A stretch of DNA of 54,205 bases, the filler included, from Dirinaria sp. TL-2023a (lineage: Eukaryota), in NCBI GenBank assembly GCA_051941275.1. It is 3 parts of 3 records of this genome, joined end to end, with 100 filler letters (N's around TTAATTAATTAA, not from the genome) between each part and the next. Parts side by side here need not be neighbours in the genome. Positions count along the whole stretch, not along the records: positions 1 to 18,009 come from JAVEBF010000404.1; 2 more parts are not named here. The stretch is one strand, 5' to 3'. The notes under the pieces were generated by a model. It worked only from the letters and a program-made list of their open reading frames with translations, did not search any database and was not told the origin of the DNA. Position numbers and translations under genes: made by a program. Shown in pieces: positions 1 to 12,605 of the stretch. How positions within the stretch are numbered: the stretch's first letter is position 1; every line of letters starts with the position of its first letter.

Positions 1-396
1 ATGCAGAACCCAATGTAATGCCGTCGTGCACCATTGTAGGGTTTGGATGCCCAAATCAGATCCTCCACATTTCTAGGGTTCCCTTCCAAAAGTGATATTT
101 CGTGTCGGCATGAGATGATCGTGCCGTTCTCCCTTTGTACGCCATCATCATGGCAACTACAACCGTATTCGCAAGCCCCACGATTTTGACAATGGGGAAT
201 CAGAAGGTAATCTTTTAATTTTGAGGTCACATTAGCCAGCAAGTAATCGAGAGCTCTAACTCTGAACATGGCCGGCCACATTCCATGTAGCTGAGAAATC
301 AACGAAGTCTGGTTGCTGCTATTTCACTGTTATGATGGACTATACAGATGTATTAGCACCCGGAGTCAGTATTCAGCTTACGCGCAGAAGCGGTCT

Positions 397-1330
397 TCAG
401 TCTACAGTTACATCTTCAATTCTCGCCCACTGATTTGTCTCCTTACCAGCCCACTTGGCCACTTCCTCCACTCCCTTTTGAATGTCATCCACTTCCTTCG
501 CGCTGACTCCTAACCTTCTGAAGCCTCGTAAGTGCCAGATTGTGGGCGCCCTCAACCCTTGACACATTATGGCCGTCAAGATTACCGCTTCAGCTTCAAC
601 CGCGGAAAGAACGCTGTGATCCGAAAGGTAGAGACCGTAGATGATGTTCTTCTCGATACATTCAAAGTCCGGCCGGTGGGAACCCCATGTGGCGAAGATA
701 GGGGCGAGGTCCTGGGCATAGATAGTTTGAAGGAAGGAAGTGCCCCGACCGGTAAGAACATCTGAAGGCGGTGGATCTTGCCTATGACCATGCGACAACA
801 GTCAGTCTCTATTGACTACCGATGACCGTGCGTTTTGAGACGCAGCAGTTGTTACATCAAAATAGAAGCACACGATGCAAGGAAGCGCATATAGCTAAAG
901 TATTCAGGAACTTAGTCGCACTTAAAAATCGTCCTTACCATTTTGCACTCAAGCTTTCTTCAAACCCAAGCCCTTCCTCTGCCTTGGCCAGTGAAGCCAC
1001 AGCCATGACGACGAGCGGGATGCCAACTAGTGTCCATTCTTTCATCAACACATCGCGCAATTGCTTCGAGACTTTTTCCTTCTCAGACTGCGTGTTCGGA
1101 CCTAGATGGCCGTTGATGTACGTAGAGAGGACCCCAAGCTGGTCGGGCTTGCCGCACGCCACTAAGGCCGACGCCTATCATTGATATGAGCTGAGACTTA
1201 GTTTCTGTAAAGAAATCTGGAACTCGAGAATAGTGAAAGACTTTACAGTGATTATGTACCAAATCCTTGGGCCGAGTGTAGTTGGCATTCGGCTCCGAAC
1301 TCTGTCGAAGACCGCCTGGATCGAGGCCAT
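397..1330 (-). CDS. AhpD/carboxymuconolactone-decarboxylase-like family protein (3 exons)
   Basis: ATG at 1330 (MASIQAVFDRVRSRMPTTLGPRIWYIIT), GTAAAG..TAG intron, exon 2 ASALVACGKPDQL...LRDVLMKEWTLVGIPLVV, intron, exon 3 RGTSFLQTIY...IYGLYLSDHSVLSAVEAEAVILTAIMCQGLRAPTIWHLRG. This resembles fungal AhpD-like proteins. Confidence 0.7.
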
Positions 1331-1372
1331 CACGGAAAGCAATGAGAGGTCGGGGGCAAGCCACGCCGGCTA

Positions 1373-1543
1373 CTCGCATTCATCTACTTTCACCTACCTT
1401 AAGGTAGGTACCTTCCGTTCTTGTGAGGGTTAGGGTTTACCCCCACCAAAATTCCTCCAACCCTAAGGTATCTACCTTACTTAGGGTTATGGGGCTCTTG
1501 GTGGGTCAACCCTAACCCTCCCAAGAAAGTAGGTGAATGCGAG
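1373..1543. mobile_element. MITE-like/fold-back element containing telomeric TTAGGG units
   Basis: 19-bp terminal inverted repeats with 18/19 match (CTCGCATTCATCTACTTTC 1373-1391; GAAAGTAGGTGAATGCGAG 1525-1543), an inner ~30-bp inverted repeat with GGGTTAGGGTT/AACCCTAACCC, and a central palindrome. Left flank TA, right flank CA. Confidence 0.65.
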
Positions 1544-2446
1544 CATCATTAGATAAACAAGCATTTAGAATCCACTCTTATCCACGAGTACATAATTTAG
1601 GGTAAGAGTAGGTGTTGGTCAACGAATGAGCATGCTTAGCCATAACTTTGACGAGTCGCGCATTGTAAGTTGGCTAGAAGGGATCTGATCCATTCGAAAT
1701 TCTCTGAAGTCTGTACTCCTGCGAGTACATGTACTAATTTCCGTTTGCTTGACCTTATTCCTTACAATCCTATTTCCATCGTTGGGATTATATCGCCTTA
1801 CGGCCACCAACCTGCATTCCTCGATTGATTACGAATAACACAAGAAGGTCAGAAGTTTCTGAGTCCCACCAAGAACCTAGTCCTTTCGAAGGGAGGGGTG
1901 GGTGGTGGGGTTGCAAGGGACTCCTTCCCCAAGCTCTGTACACTCTTACTACCAGAGACTTGAGTTGCAGAGTCACGATACATGGGAGAGTCGATCAAGC
2001 TTGGTCGGCATTTCCGAGATCAATTCGATAATTGTTCCGAGCTTTTTGAGAACGCTTTGATGATTTCACTTGCATTTTATTAAGAAGATTACAATCCTTC
2101 TCGACTATTATCGACTCGTGTCGCAAATCGGGTTATTTTCAATCGAATTTGAAGCTTTGAAAATCATCCAATAAAATATCACTGAAAACTTTGGATTCTT
2201 CTCTTATGCCCTTAGAACTTCTCTATGTCATCATCGTCTGTCGGATGGAAAGCGCCGGAGGGGGCCAAGCATTCCCAGGCCCAACGGATTACGCTAATTT
2301 CTTAAGCCTTACGGTACTTTAAAATATGAATGACATCAAGAACAGTCTCTCTACAGAATTGCATCAAGGGCCTTTTGGAAAATTACTGAGACCTCTGAAT
2401 CCAACGCTTACGGGTTGATTTAAACTGAACTTTCTAATAAACAAAA

Positions 2447-3642
2447 ATGTCGCTGCCAGTCATCAGATCAATCACTGAGAGCGCTGACCTGGAGAAGACG
2501 GTGCTGCCATACGTTTCTCAACTCGTCGACCTTCCCAATCAAGTTTTCCAATCGATTGGGAACTTCCAAGCTCTCAAATCACTTTATCTATCTACCAATC
2601 CACTTATCTCAGCCTTCGCCCTTTCACTTATTTTCTCTCCAATATTTTTCGTTGCTTCCGAAATTAACAAAAATTACTCTCAAGTCGACCGGTTCTGGAG
2701 CTTGCTGCCAACCTTTTACAATGCTCATTTCGTCCTCTACGTCCATGCATTAGGCTTGCCTACTGCGCGCCTTGATGCATTGCTTGCTGCTAGTGCCCTA
2801 TGGAGTGTGCGTTTCGCTGTGTTCGATATAACGCTCTTATTGACATTCCCAGACCAGATTAACCTTCAATTATTGGCGTAAAGGAGGTTACAAGATAGGC
2901 TCAGAGGACTACCGCTGGGAGATCCTCCGACAGTACATCAATCCTACACTCTTCTGCGCGTTCAACATTTCATTTATCTCTCTTGCGCAAAACGTGAGAT
3001 AGTCCCTGGTAAGAACTCACAAATTCTGAAAGGTAACATACATCTAGGTACTCTTGTTTAGCGTCTCTACGCCTACCTATCTCATGGTTTTGGCGGCTAC
3101 AAAATCCGAGAACCGGCTAGAGAGTGGAGACTTCGCCTTCTCATGCGCCATTGTAGCTTTCATTGCGCTCTCGTTCGTGGCAGACCAACAACAGTGGGGT
3201 AAGTTCAACTGCACAAATACAATACTTTGATTGACCTCTACCCTTAGATTTCCAGAACGCGAAGCATGAGTATCAAAAGACCGCCAAGTATCCGAAGCAA
3301 TATCACCGAGAAGACCTCGATCGAGGCTTCAACGTGGTCGGCCTCTGGTCGTTGAGCCGTCATCCTAACTTTGCAGCCGAGCAAGGTGTCTGGCTTACGC
3401 TCTATGCTTGGTCTTGTTATGTGACAAAGACATACTATAATTGGACCAGCATCGGTGCAGGAGCGTATTTGGTCTTATTCCAGGCTTCTACATGGTTTAC
3501 TGAAACCGTATCAGCAAAGAAGTACCCTGAATATAAAGAGTATCAAAAGCGGGTTGGCAAATTCATCCCGAGCCTTAACTCGAGATGGCAGAGTGACTAC
3601 AGTGATCAGCGCAGAAGCAAGGTTGCTGACAAGCAAGAGTGA
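2447..3642 (+). CDS. DUF1295 / steroid 5-alpha-reductase-like membrane protein (4 exons)
   Basis: Motifs NYSQVDRFWSLLP, RLTFNYWRKGGYKIGSEDYRW, ADQQQW and GLWSLSRHPNFAAEQ...KYPEYKEYQKRVGKFIP across three GT-AG introns. Confidence 0.88.
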
Positions 3643-4108
3643 AGGACTCTATGGAAGTTGGAGGTAATGAATCAGAGTACTAAAGAGTTGTACTCGTTAA
3701 TGGCAAAACAGTTCCACTAGTAGGGAGTAAACTCGCACTCAACCCCCTCTACCTTGAGAAAGATCTTCATGTAGGAGCGAGAGAATCATTAGAGAAGTTC
3801 ACGTAGCAGCTCCTTACCTGCTTGTGTGGCTGGCGGGTGGCAGCGCCGGGATATCTACAAGGCAGACAATGCACTAGGCATTATTAGGTAATGAGATGTA
3901 GACACTCCGTAAAGTACCTCATCTGAGTACTAAATGCTTATGTAAGCGAAGAAGAACTGCGTTCCACTTCACGCCACTCCACATACAAATTTCCATTCGT
4001 TGAGTGCGCAGTTCGCCTGACCCAGCTCTCCTGTTTTGGTGAGTGAGGTTAGACGTCCAGACTTGAACAGGCCTGGTGCGCCTAAATCAATCTTCGTCTG
4101 ATCCTATC

Positions 4109-6870
4109 ATGACCACACTTTTACGGCGTACAGGCAATCTCGCAAGATTTACGAGATTAGAGCCGGAGGCAAGGCCATACTTTCTATATCATTCCGCACA
4201 GAGACTTCCTCCGAGATCTCTTCCTTCAAGATCGCCACGAGTGCCTAATACTCGAATACGGACATATGCTGCCCTTAATAATGAGAATCCGAAGAAGCCG
4301 GGGGAGCAGCAGAATGATGCTTCTAAAGCCGCAGAGAGCAGTCCGGTAAAGGGGAGGAATAAGCGAGCTGGAAAAGCGGCGCCCGGTTTTGAGCAACTCT
4401 ACAGCGATGCAAGCGCTATGTCGTCGCCCGCCGTGGGGCAGAAGGACGGGCAACACTCTATACCTCCTTCGCCCGCGACCAGCCAGGCTGAGCGGGACGA
4501 TCTGGACGAGCTATTTTCAGTGATGAAGCGAGGGATGCCTACTTCGCAAGTGAAGCTGGCTGAGAAAGCATTTGAAGATATGAAACATTATGGAATCCCG
4601 CCAGAGGTCCGCGAAATTATAGATATCAAGAAAAATGGAAGTCTAGATCTTGCGACGATGGCAAAGCTTGTGAGGATTACAACCAAGTTTGTACGGCAAG
4701 CAGTCGAGCAACAAGTCGAGAAGGAGGCCGAACAAGGAAGCAAAACAGGAGCGGATGGGGATAATTACGAAGGCGGCAAAAAGAAGAAGAAGAAGAAGAA
4801 GGCGACCGAGGACTCGTCCAACATCAACTTCAGTAGTACTGATATGAAATTGGATACACAGACATTTCTCCTCACTGCTTTTGTGGCCTATATGTTCTAT
4901 CGCGTTGCCGTACCAGCTGAGAACAGCAAGGAGATCACATGGCAAGAGTTCCGGACGACCTTCTTTGACAAGGGATTAGTCGAGAAGCTGACGGTCGCCA
5001 ACCGAAGTCGCGTCCGAGTAAATTTGCATAGAGAGGCAGTCACCAGGATGTACCCCGAAAGCCCAGCTCAGCACGCCAACTTCCATTACTACTTCAGTAT
5101 CGGCTCAGTTGAGGCCTTTGAACGAAAACTAGATGACGCCCAGAACGAGCTTGGTATTCCGAGCGCTGAACGAATACCCGTGGCTTACGTCGAAGAGATG
5201 AATTGGGTAAACACCTTGGCGGGTCTTGCTCCTACACTGCTCTTATTCGGCTCGTTGGTATGGCTTTCAAGGCGCGCAGGGGGTGGAGCAAGTGGGCAAA
5301 GTGGTATTTTCGGTATTGGGAAGAGTAGGGCGAAGAGGTTCAACCATGAGACGGACGTCCAGACAAAGTTCAAGGATGTGGCAGGTATGGACGAAGCGAA
5401 ACAAGAGATCATGGAATTTGTAAGTTTTCTGAAAGAGCCCGGCCAATACCAGAGGCTAGGAGCCAAGATCCCTCGCGGTGCCATTTTATCTGGACCACCA
5501 GGCACCGGTAAGACTCTGCTTGCAAAGGCTACGGCAGGGGAATCTCAGGTGCCATTCTTTAGCGTCAGCGGCTCTGAATTCGTCGAGATGTTTGTAGGGG
5601 TGGGACCCTCGAGGGTGAGAGACCTCTTTGCAAACGCTAGAAAGAACACCCCCTGTATCATTTTCATTGACGAGATTGATGCCATCGGAAAATCTCGAGG
5701 AAAAGGGAACTTCAGCGGTGGTAACGACGAACGAGAAAGCACCCTGAATCAGATCTTGACTGAGATGGACGGATTCAACACCTCAGAGCAGGTTGTCGTA
5801 CTTGCAGGCACCAACAGACCCGACGTACTTGACAAGGCTCTTCTCCGCCCTGGCCGTTTCGACCGACATATCGCCATTGACCGTCCTACCATGGAAGGAC
5901 GCAAACAAATCTTCAATGTACACCTTGGCAAGATTGTCACAGACGAGAACATGGACTGGCTGACTGGCCGCCTCTCTGCCCTTACGCCGGGCTTCTCGGG
6001 TGCAGATATTGCCAATTGCGTCAACGAAGCTGCTCTCATTGGTAAGACCGGATGCGTTGCAATTCCCGCCATTTGCTAATATTCGCCTCAGCCGCCCGGA
6101 CATCCGCTGACAAAGTTGTGATGAAACACTTCGAACAAGCCATCGAGCGCGTCATTGGCGGCCTGGAGAAAAAATCTCTCGTTCTCAACCCAGAAGAAAA
6201 ACGCACAGTCGCGTACCACGAAGCCGGCCACGCCATCTGCGGCTGGTTCTTCAAATATGCCGATCCCCTTTTGAAAGTTAGCATCATTCCTCGCGGCCAA
6301 GGGGCGTTAGGCTACGCTCAATTGCTCCCGACCGGCGATGTCTACCTTATGAACGTCAACCAGCTAATGGATCGCATGGCGATGACGCTTGGAGGACGAG
6401 TCAGCGAGGAGCTGCATTTTGAGACCGTCACCTCCGGCGCGAGCGATGACTTCAACAAAGTCACACGGATGGCCACTTCGATGGTCACGAAATGGGGCAT
6501 GTCGTCCAAAATCGGGTATCTGTATTTCGAGGAAGAGGACCAAAAACTACACAAGCCCTTCTCGGAGGAAACAGCACGAAACATCGACCACGAGGTGCGC
6601 CGCATCGTCGACGAAGCCTATAAGCAGTGCCGAGATTTGCTTACGGAGAAGAAGAAGGAGGTCGGGATTGTGGCGGAGGAGTTGCTGAGTAAAGAGGTGC
6701 TGGGCAGAGAAGATATGATCCGCCTTTTGGGCAAGAGGCCATGGGAGGAGAATAAGGAGTTCACAAAGTACTTCGATAAAGAGACTAAAAGTGCGCCGCC
6801 GCCACCGCCGAATGAGAGTTTGGGGGCGCCGCACGGTGGAGATGTTCCTGTCCCAGGGCCATCAATGTGA
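4109..6870 (+). CDS. AFG3: Mitochondrial m-AAA protease (Afg3/Yta12, FtsH family)
   Basis: Arg-rich N-terminal presequence, two TM segments, Walker A GPPGTGKT, Walker [22 protein letters not shown] and zinc motif HEAGH. One intron at about 6042-6090. Confidence 0.95.
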
Positions 6871-7623
6871 GCAGGTGATGGATATATAGGGCAGGAAATA
6901 TTGCTAGGACCATATCTGACCAATGTTGAAGATAGGCTTAACCGACGGGCAGGGCAGAGACGAGGCCCGAGCAGTATCAGAACAGATATGGCATGAACAT
7001 AGACAGCGAAGATTTCGTGGTTAGGAGTGTGCTATATTTCTATGGTGGTAAGGCCACCCATAACCTGGGCTTTGTTAGTATTAGGTTTCAGGGATGAGCA
7101 ACCAGGCGCGCATCATCAGACAAACAAAAGACGTTCAATCGCCTCTCGTATCTAGCTCTTATGAAATGAGAGAACTCGTCATGATGTGAAGTTTGAGGGA
7201 TTTGCTCGCCCCGTAAACAGTCTTAAATTTGAAATTTACTAGCTCGAACTCATTGCATTATTTCTCGAGGGAGGTAAGATCTTACGATCGTTGACTCCCT
7301 TTATTTTCACAAAAGCGCCCTAGAAAAAAATCAATGCAAGCAAACATTTCTGCCGTCAACATCAAACTATGTCTTTGTCCTGCCCGAGTGTTTGTGAGTG
7401 CAGCACGCCCCAACTTTATACATATGTAATCTACAACGCTAGTATGACCTTTTTGTGTACTTTGGTGGTCCGTTGAAAGTCCTTGACAAACATTAGATCA
7501 CAGAGACCGATCGGAGCTCAAGAATTCATTTTGCATGATAAGTAGGGCGGTCAGGGCGTTTTGACTTTCGTGGCTAAAAAGTTGCCGTAGAAAAGCTACT
7601 CAACGACGACCATCCGACTTCTG

Positions 7624-10600
7624 CTATCGTTGCTGCTGCTGCTGCTGCTGCTGCCCGTCAGCGCTGAACGAGGGATAGCCCATGTCTGCCCAATCCCACT
7701 CCAGAGTCATGGGCATTTGCCACAAGTCTTGCGGAACGAAGGGCTGCTGGAAACTCTCGGTATTGAACGGCGTACCCGCAGATGCGCCGAATGGCTGTTG
7801 TATATCACCACTGTCCGGAAAATGTTGCTGCATGCCACTCCCTGGATTGAACATATTAGCAAAGTCGCTGCCGGATGGCGTTGAGAAGTCCAGTGGTAGT
7901 GGCACGTCTCCGTTGACAGGCATTGAAGGCGGGGAAAAGCCGTTCAAAGAAGGATTGAACGGCTGAGAACTCAGATCATTACTAGTGAAGCTTGATGTGA
8001 ATATGTTCGTTGGCGGTGTTGGCGCACTATCGGGAACCGGTGTCAGTGGCGCTGCTCGTTTTTGTGGTAGTTGGGGCTGCTGGTTCTGCGTTGGCGGGTT
8101 CGGGTCCTCGGACACTGAATTCCTAGTGCTCTTTCTCTTTCTTCGGGAGCTCTCCTTGTCGCTTTTCTCAAGGACGACCTTGGCGATACGCTCGAACTCT
8201 GAGCATACGCCTAGCATGCGCCTGACGCCACCTTTGGTACCCCGTTCTTCAACTACGCTAAGACTTGAGAGGAAGTTTACAACTTGATTCATCAGCTTCA
8301 CGTCAGAGCGGGCGCGAGCTTCTTGTGGATTCTGCAGGATGTTCGCGAATAGTGTGACAAGCGAGGAAACAGGAAAGTATAGTATCAACCTATGCCAAGT
8401 CAGTGGGTATCCAGCTCACTATCACTTCGCAACTCACCAGACGCAAGAGAAGTCACGGTGCGGAATGTATTTAATAAGATTTATCGAAGCACGTGCAGCC
8501 GTGACACACAATGCAGCCGACATAAAAACCCTTGGGTTTAGAGGCCTTGCATTTAATCCTTGAATGGCGTAATTCGAAAGGCGGTTCGACCAGTACCCGT
8601 GATGGACTGACATACGATGTATGGTTGTAAGACAATTGTAATACGCGAAGTGAAGGACTACGATATGAAGGATCAACGGTGTGTGCGATGCTTTGATCTC
8701 GTGCTCTGGTCGGAAGTCGAGGGGGATCGAGTCTTTCCACTCCTCCAATTGCTTATCAAGCTCACCAATGGTGTTGAGGAGAGCACCGTCGGATTGCTTT
8801 GAAGCTTTTGTAGAATAGAGTTGCTTGTAAACTCTGCTTTCGATAATGGCGAAGGTACACATGAGCCTGAACATGTTGACCTTGCCTTTTCCATCTGCGA
8901 GTGGAATGTTGCCAATGTTGTCTATCGGGTCTTCGGTCGGCAGCTCTACATTCATATCATCATCGTCCTGCGCTGGTGGTCGGCCTGAGCGTAGGCATAT
9001 ACTACCGTTCTTTAGCTATAATCCGACATTCAGCGCTCAGTAAGCTTACTTACTCTTTGTCCAGGATGTAAGCGATCCAGAACACCCTCTTCCTTTGTTC
9101 GAGCTCGACAGGGTTAAGATTGAAGCCTGATCCGCGCTTATGGAGACCTATGCTATGGGAAAGGCGAAGAGCTGCGGACACCAGGAAGAACGATGGTTGA
9201 GGGTTTGGTGAGCCGAGGAGAAACATGGCCTGAAACTCACATGTCAGTCTAGCACCTTCAGGAAGTCAACGGGTTTGGAAATACCATCCCTAGCAGAGCC
9301 TGGACGCTGAGTAGATCCGTATTGCGCATGGTGAGCTCCGTAAGAACACCCATTGCATTTTTAAGGAAGGCCCATGCCTTGTTATCCTCTCCTTGCGGTA
9401 CGATATTACTCATGACCCTCAGTCTGTGTGCTATTGCTAGCGCTACATTGAGGCTAGCCCACCAGCCAGAGCCCTCGTATGGGTCCTTTGTATAGTGCTT
9501 GTTGACAAGATGCATGAAGGTTGGTTCGTGGAAGAGAGGAAACATGCAGTTAAAATTTTCGAAAAAGTCCTTGAGCAAGGACAAGGCCTCGTCTCGAGGC
9601 GGTAGAGGCATGTATGTACGTCTTACAAACATATCACTGAAAATCTCTGGTTTCCAGTACACCCATTTGTTGTCGTCCACAGCTGCCATGGCGATCATTT
9701 CTTGGAAAGAGCTGTCGCCGGTTTTCTCATTGACCCACTGTATGCCCTTGGGCGAAAATATGGAGAAGCCTGAGGAAGACCCTACAAGAAATTAGCCCAT
9801 GGAGGACAGGAAATTTATCGATCCCACCAATATATCTCGTTTCGCCACAATTGTTCGTTACAAGCGAGCACATCATATCGGAAAGTGCTTCGACTTCCTC
9901 TTCCCTAGCCTTCTCTTTGTCTTTGCCATTTTGGGCCTCATTATCTTTGTCCACTTCCGTGTCCACTTCCTTGACCGCTGCTGGTGACGTTACGGAGCTC
10001 CTTGGGGTAGTAGAGTGACCGGTTCGAGGTGTATCACGTTGCAATTCGGATGATGGCCGTGCAAGCGTGCCGGTGCTGTCGGACTCGGGAGGGGATTTCG
10101 AGGGCGTCCCGGCGTGGCTTCGTCGGTGGCTCTGATCCGCAAGCCTCTTCTCTAAGGTTCCCAAGTCTGTCCTATCCCCGTCTTCATCATTCAGCAGGCC
10201 AGAGAGCTTGAGTAAGGATTCCATTCGACCAAGCCGATTCTCTAAACCTTCAATGTACTTGGCCCTAAAGCGGGCATTAGAAAAATTGACGTAGAGCTTG
10301 AGCCTGTAGGTTCATACCCCTTGGGAGGATTTCGCTTCTTCTCCACTTGTGTGAATATGCATTCGGTTTTGTAATTGATGCAGTGAGAGCATGCTGGCAG
10401 CTTGCCATCGCATTTTATCTTTTTCTTTCTGCACATATCGCAAGCCTGTCGCGGCAACGTTAAAGCCCCTCTTTTCACGAGGAAACAGAAGTCCTTTACC
10501 CTTGCAATTCTCCTTCTCTTGGCATCATTGCTATCATCCGCGCCGCCTCCGTTGTCCACGTCGTCCTGGAAGAACTGGCCGACAGAAAAGCTCTCCATCA

Positions 10601-10709
10601 TAGGCGACGTATCTTGGTCATTGCTGCCGAAGAATTGGTGAGATGGAGGGATGTTTACTGGAGGTATCGCAAAACCGTTTCCATTTTGTCGAGACTGAAA
10701 CGAATCCAT
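7624..10709 (-). CDS. atrR: Zn2Cys6 transcription factor with fungal TF middle-homology domain, AtrR-like
   Basis: [29 protein letters not shown] binuclear cluster, followed by [24 protein letters not shown] and C-terminal [14 protein letters not shown]. These match Aspergillus AtrR as I recall it. Multi-exon, with a C-terminal polyQ. Confidence 0.82.
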
Positions 10710-11217
10710 TCTATACGATACAGGAATGCCTGAACTAATATTGAAGTTCGGAGTATTGCCCAAAACGTTGAGCGTGGATGGCTAAGATGCGCAGAGTAGG
10801 CAGTGACTAGTGAAAGCCGGGTTCTGGGCTAGTGGCTTTTCGTATGGAAGGCTGGAACATACATGTGTGCAGTAGCTGGGGAAGAGTAAGCACGGGGACG
10901 TTCCAGCCTATTGGTAAGCACCGTTCAACGTTCATGATGTAGGCTGCAAGATTATTTCATACTGCCGCGGTAAGATAACGCCAGAGGATGGAGGAACTTA
11001 TCCCCGGGATCACGTCCGAGAGACATAGCCCTACATAAATGAAGCAAATGTCTGTCTGATTGGGTACATTAGCGAGCTTAGGTAAGCCTATTCAAGACTC
11101 GAGACGGAGCAAATGATAAGTATCTTTAGCCGTCCTCCGTCTGAGAAGTCTACAGGTTAAAGTAACTTGCACATGTGAGTCCTAGAAGTGTGATGGTGGG
11201 TGGCAATATTAAGATTG

Positions 11218-12605
11218 ATGTTTTCGGGCAGGGCGCCCCTCACCGCGGCCGAAATTGTAGAGCATCCTCTATTCAAGACCGTGATATGGGATTTGAAACC
11301 GACGGTAAAGGGCGATGTCTTGGTTGGGTCAGCAAGAGGCTGCCCCTGCCGGATTGCATACGAGATCCACGGGACTGGGACGCATTATCTGGTGGTATGC
11401 TGTTGTCCCGGCGCATCCCAGCGCATCCTTCCTGCTATGTCCCGTCGGCGATCTTGTCTTCCAACCTGGGAACAGCCAAACCCGGTCACATTCATAAATC
11501 TTGATCTATCATCATAGTGGAAGACGATTGTCTCATTGATACTGCTTCCATTAAAAAAAATAAAAAAAAAACAAAAAAACCGCACTGAGACTGACGTAAT
11601 CCTCAGTGGATAATGGGTCTGGGTACCTTCAAAACAGGATGGCAACGGCAGACCAAATACTTTGGGCACGACCGTGGGTCGAGATATTCGTGCTTGATAT
11701 TCGACAACCGGGGAATGGGCGAATCCGATAAGCCGCTTGGGCGATACTCTACATCCCAATTGGCCAGAGATGCTCTAGAATTACTTGATCATCTTCAGTG
11801 GACCGGCCAACGACAACTGCATATCACTGGTGTATCTATGGGTGGTATGACTGCACAAGAACTGGTGCGTTGAGAGCGAATTGTCTCTGCGAATGTTTTT
11901 GTGCATAGTAAGTAGGCCTAAAAGACTGCTAGGGACTCATGATCCCAGATAGGATAGCATCCCTATCTCTCGTATCGACAGCAGCCCGCTTAGTGAATAC
12001 AGTGGTATGTATGGACCTTTCTCTATGTCGCTTGGTCTTCTCATAGCATTGATTCGTGGGCAGGGATATTTCGAGAATTTGAGAAATCGGATCAACATGT
12101 TGTAAGTACCGAAAGTCTTCAACGCTAGACCACGAGCACTAACCGAAACAGCATACCCCGAGCGATTGACGTCCAATTAGCTGACATCAAAGCTCGCATC
12201 TTCAGCAAAACCTGGCTTGATGAACCTGATGCTGATGGCGGATTCCCCACGAATGGTGACAGATTTGCAGCTCAGGAGTTAAACAAGCGGCAAGACACCA
12301 ACGGGTTTACGCGAAAAGGCTTCCTCTGCCAGGCCCTTGCTGCAGGCTGGCATTACAAGAGTCCGCAGCAGTTGAAGATATTGGGGGACGTTATAGGACG
12401 AAGGAGGATACAGGTTCTGCATGGCACCGTCGATAACATGATAACCGTACCCCATGCTGAAGTTCTTGCAAAGGAGCTTACTGGAGAGGGACAAGAAGTG
12501 AAGAAGACAATCTTTGAAGGGCGAGGCCATGTGCTGTTTTGGGAGGAAGAAGAAGAGTTTCGGAAATTAATCGTCGCTTTGATTGATAAAACAAGTACAC
12601 AGTAG
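11218..12605 (+). CDS. Alpha/beta-fold hydrolase (5 exons)
   Basis: Motifs IAYEIHGTG, WIMGLG, FDNRGMGESDKP, nucleophile elbow GVSMGG, HGTVDNMI and GRGH. GT-AG introns. Confidence 0.88.

Noticed and set aside
1508..1520. CAACCCTAACCCT as a telomerase RNA template
   Set aside because: It is paired with its own inverted copy in a fold-back, and I could not identify a pseudoknot or CR4/5 domain nearby. An Infernal search with a fungal telomerase RNA model would settle it.
10710..11217. AtrR response element CGG-N12-CCG (autoregulation)
   Set aside because: I checked each CGG in the interval and none has CCG at 12-nt spacing.
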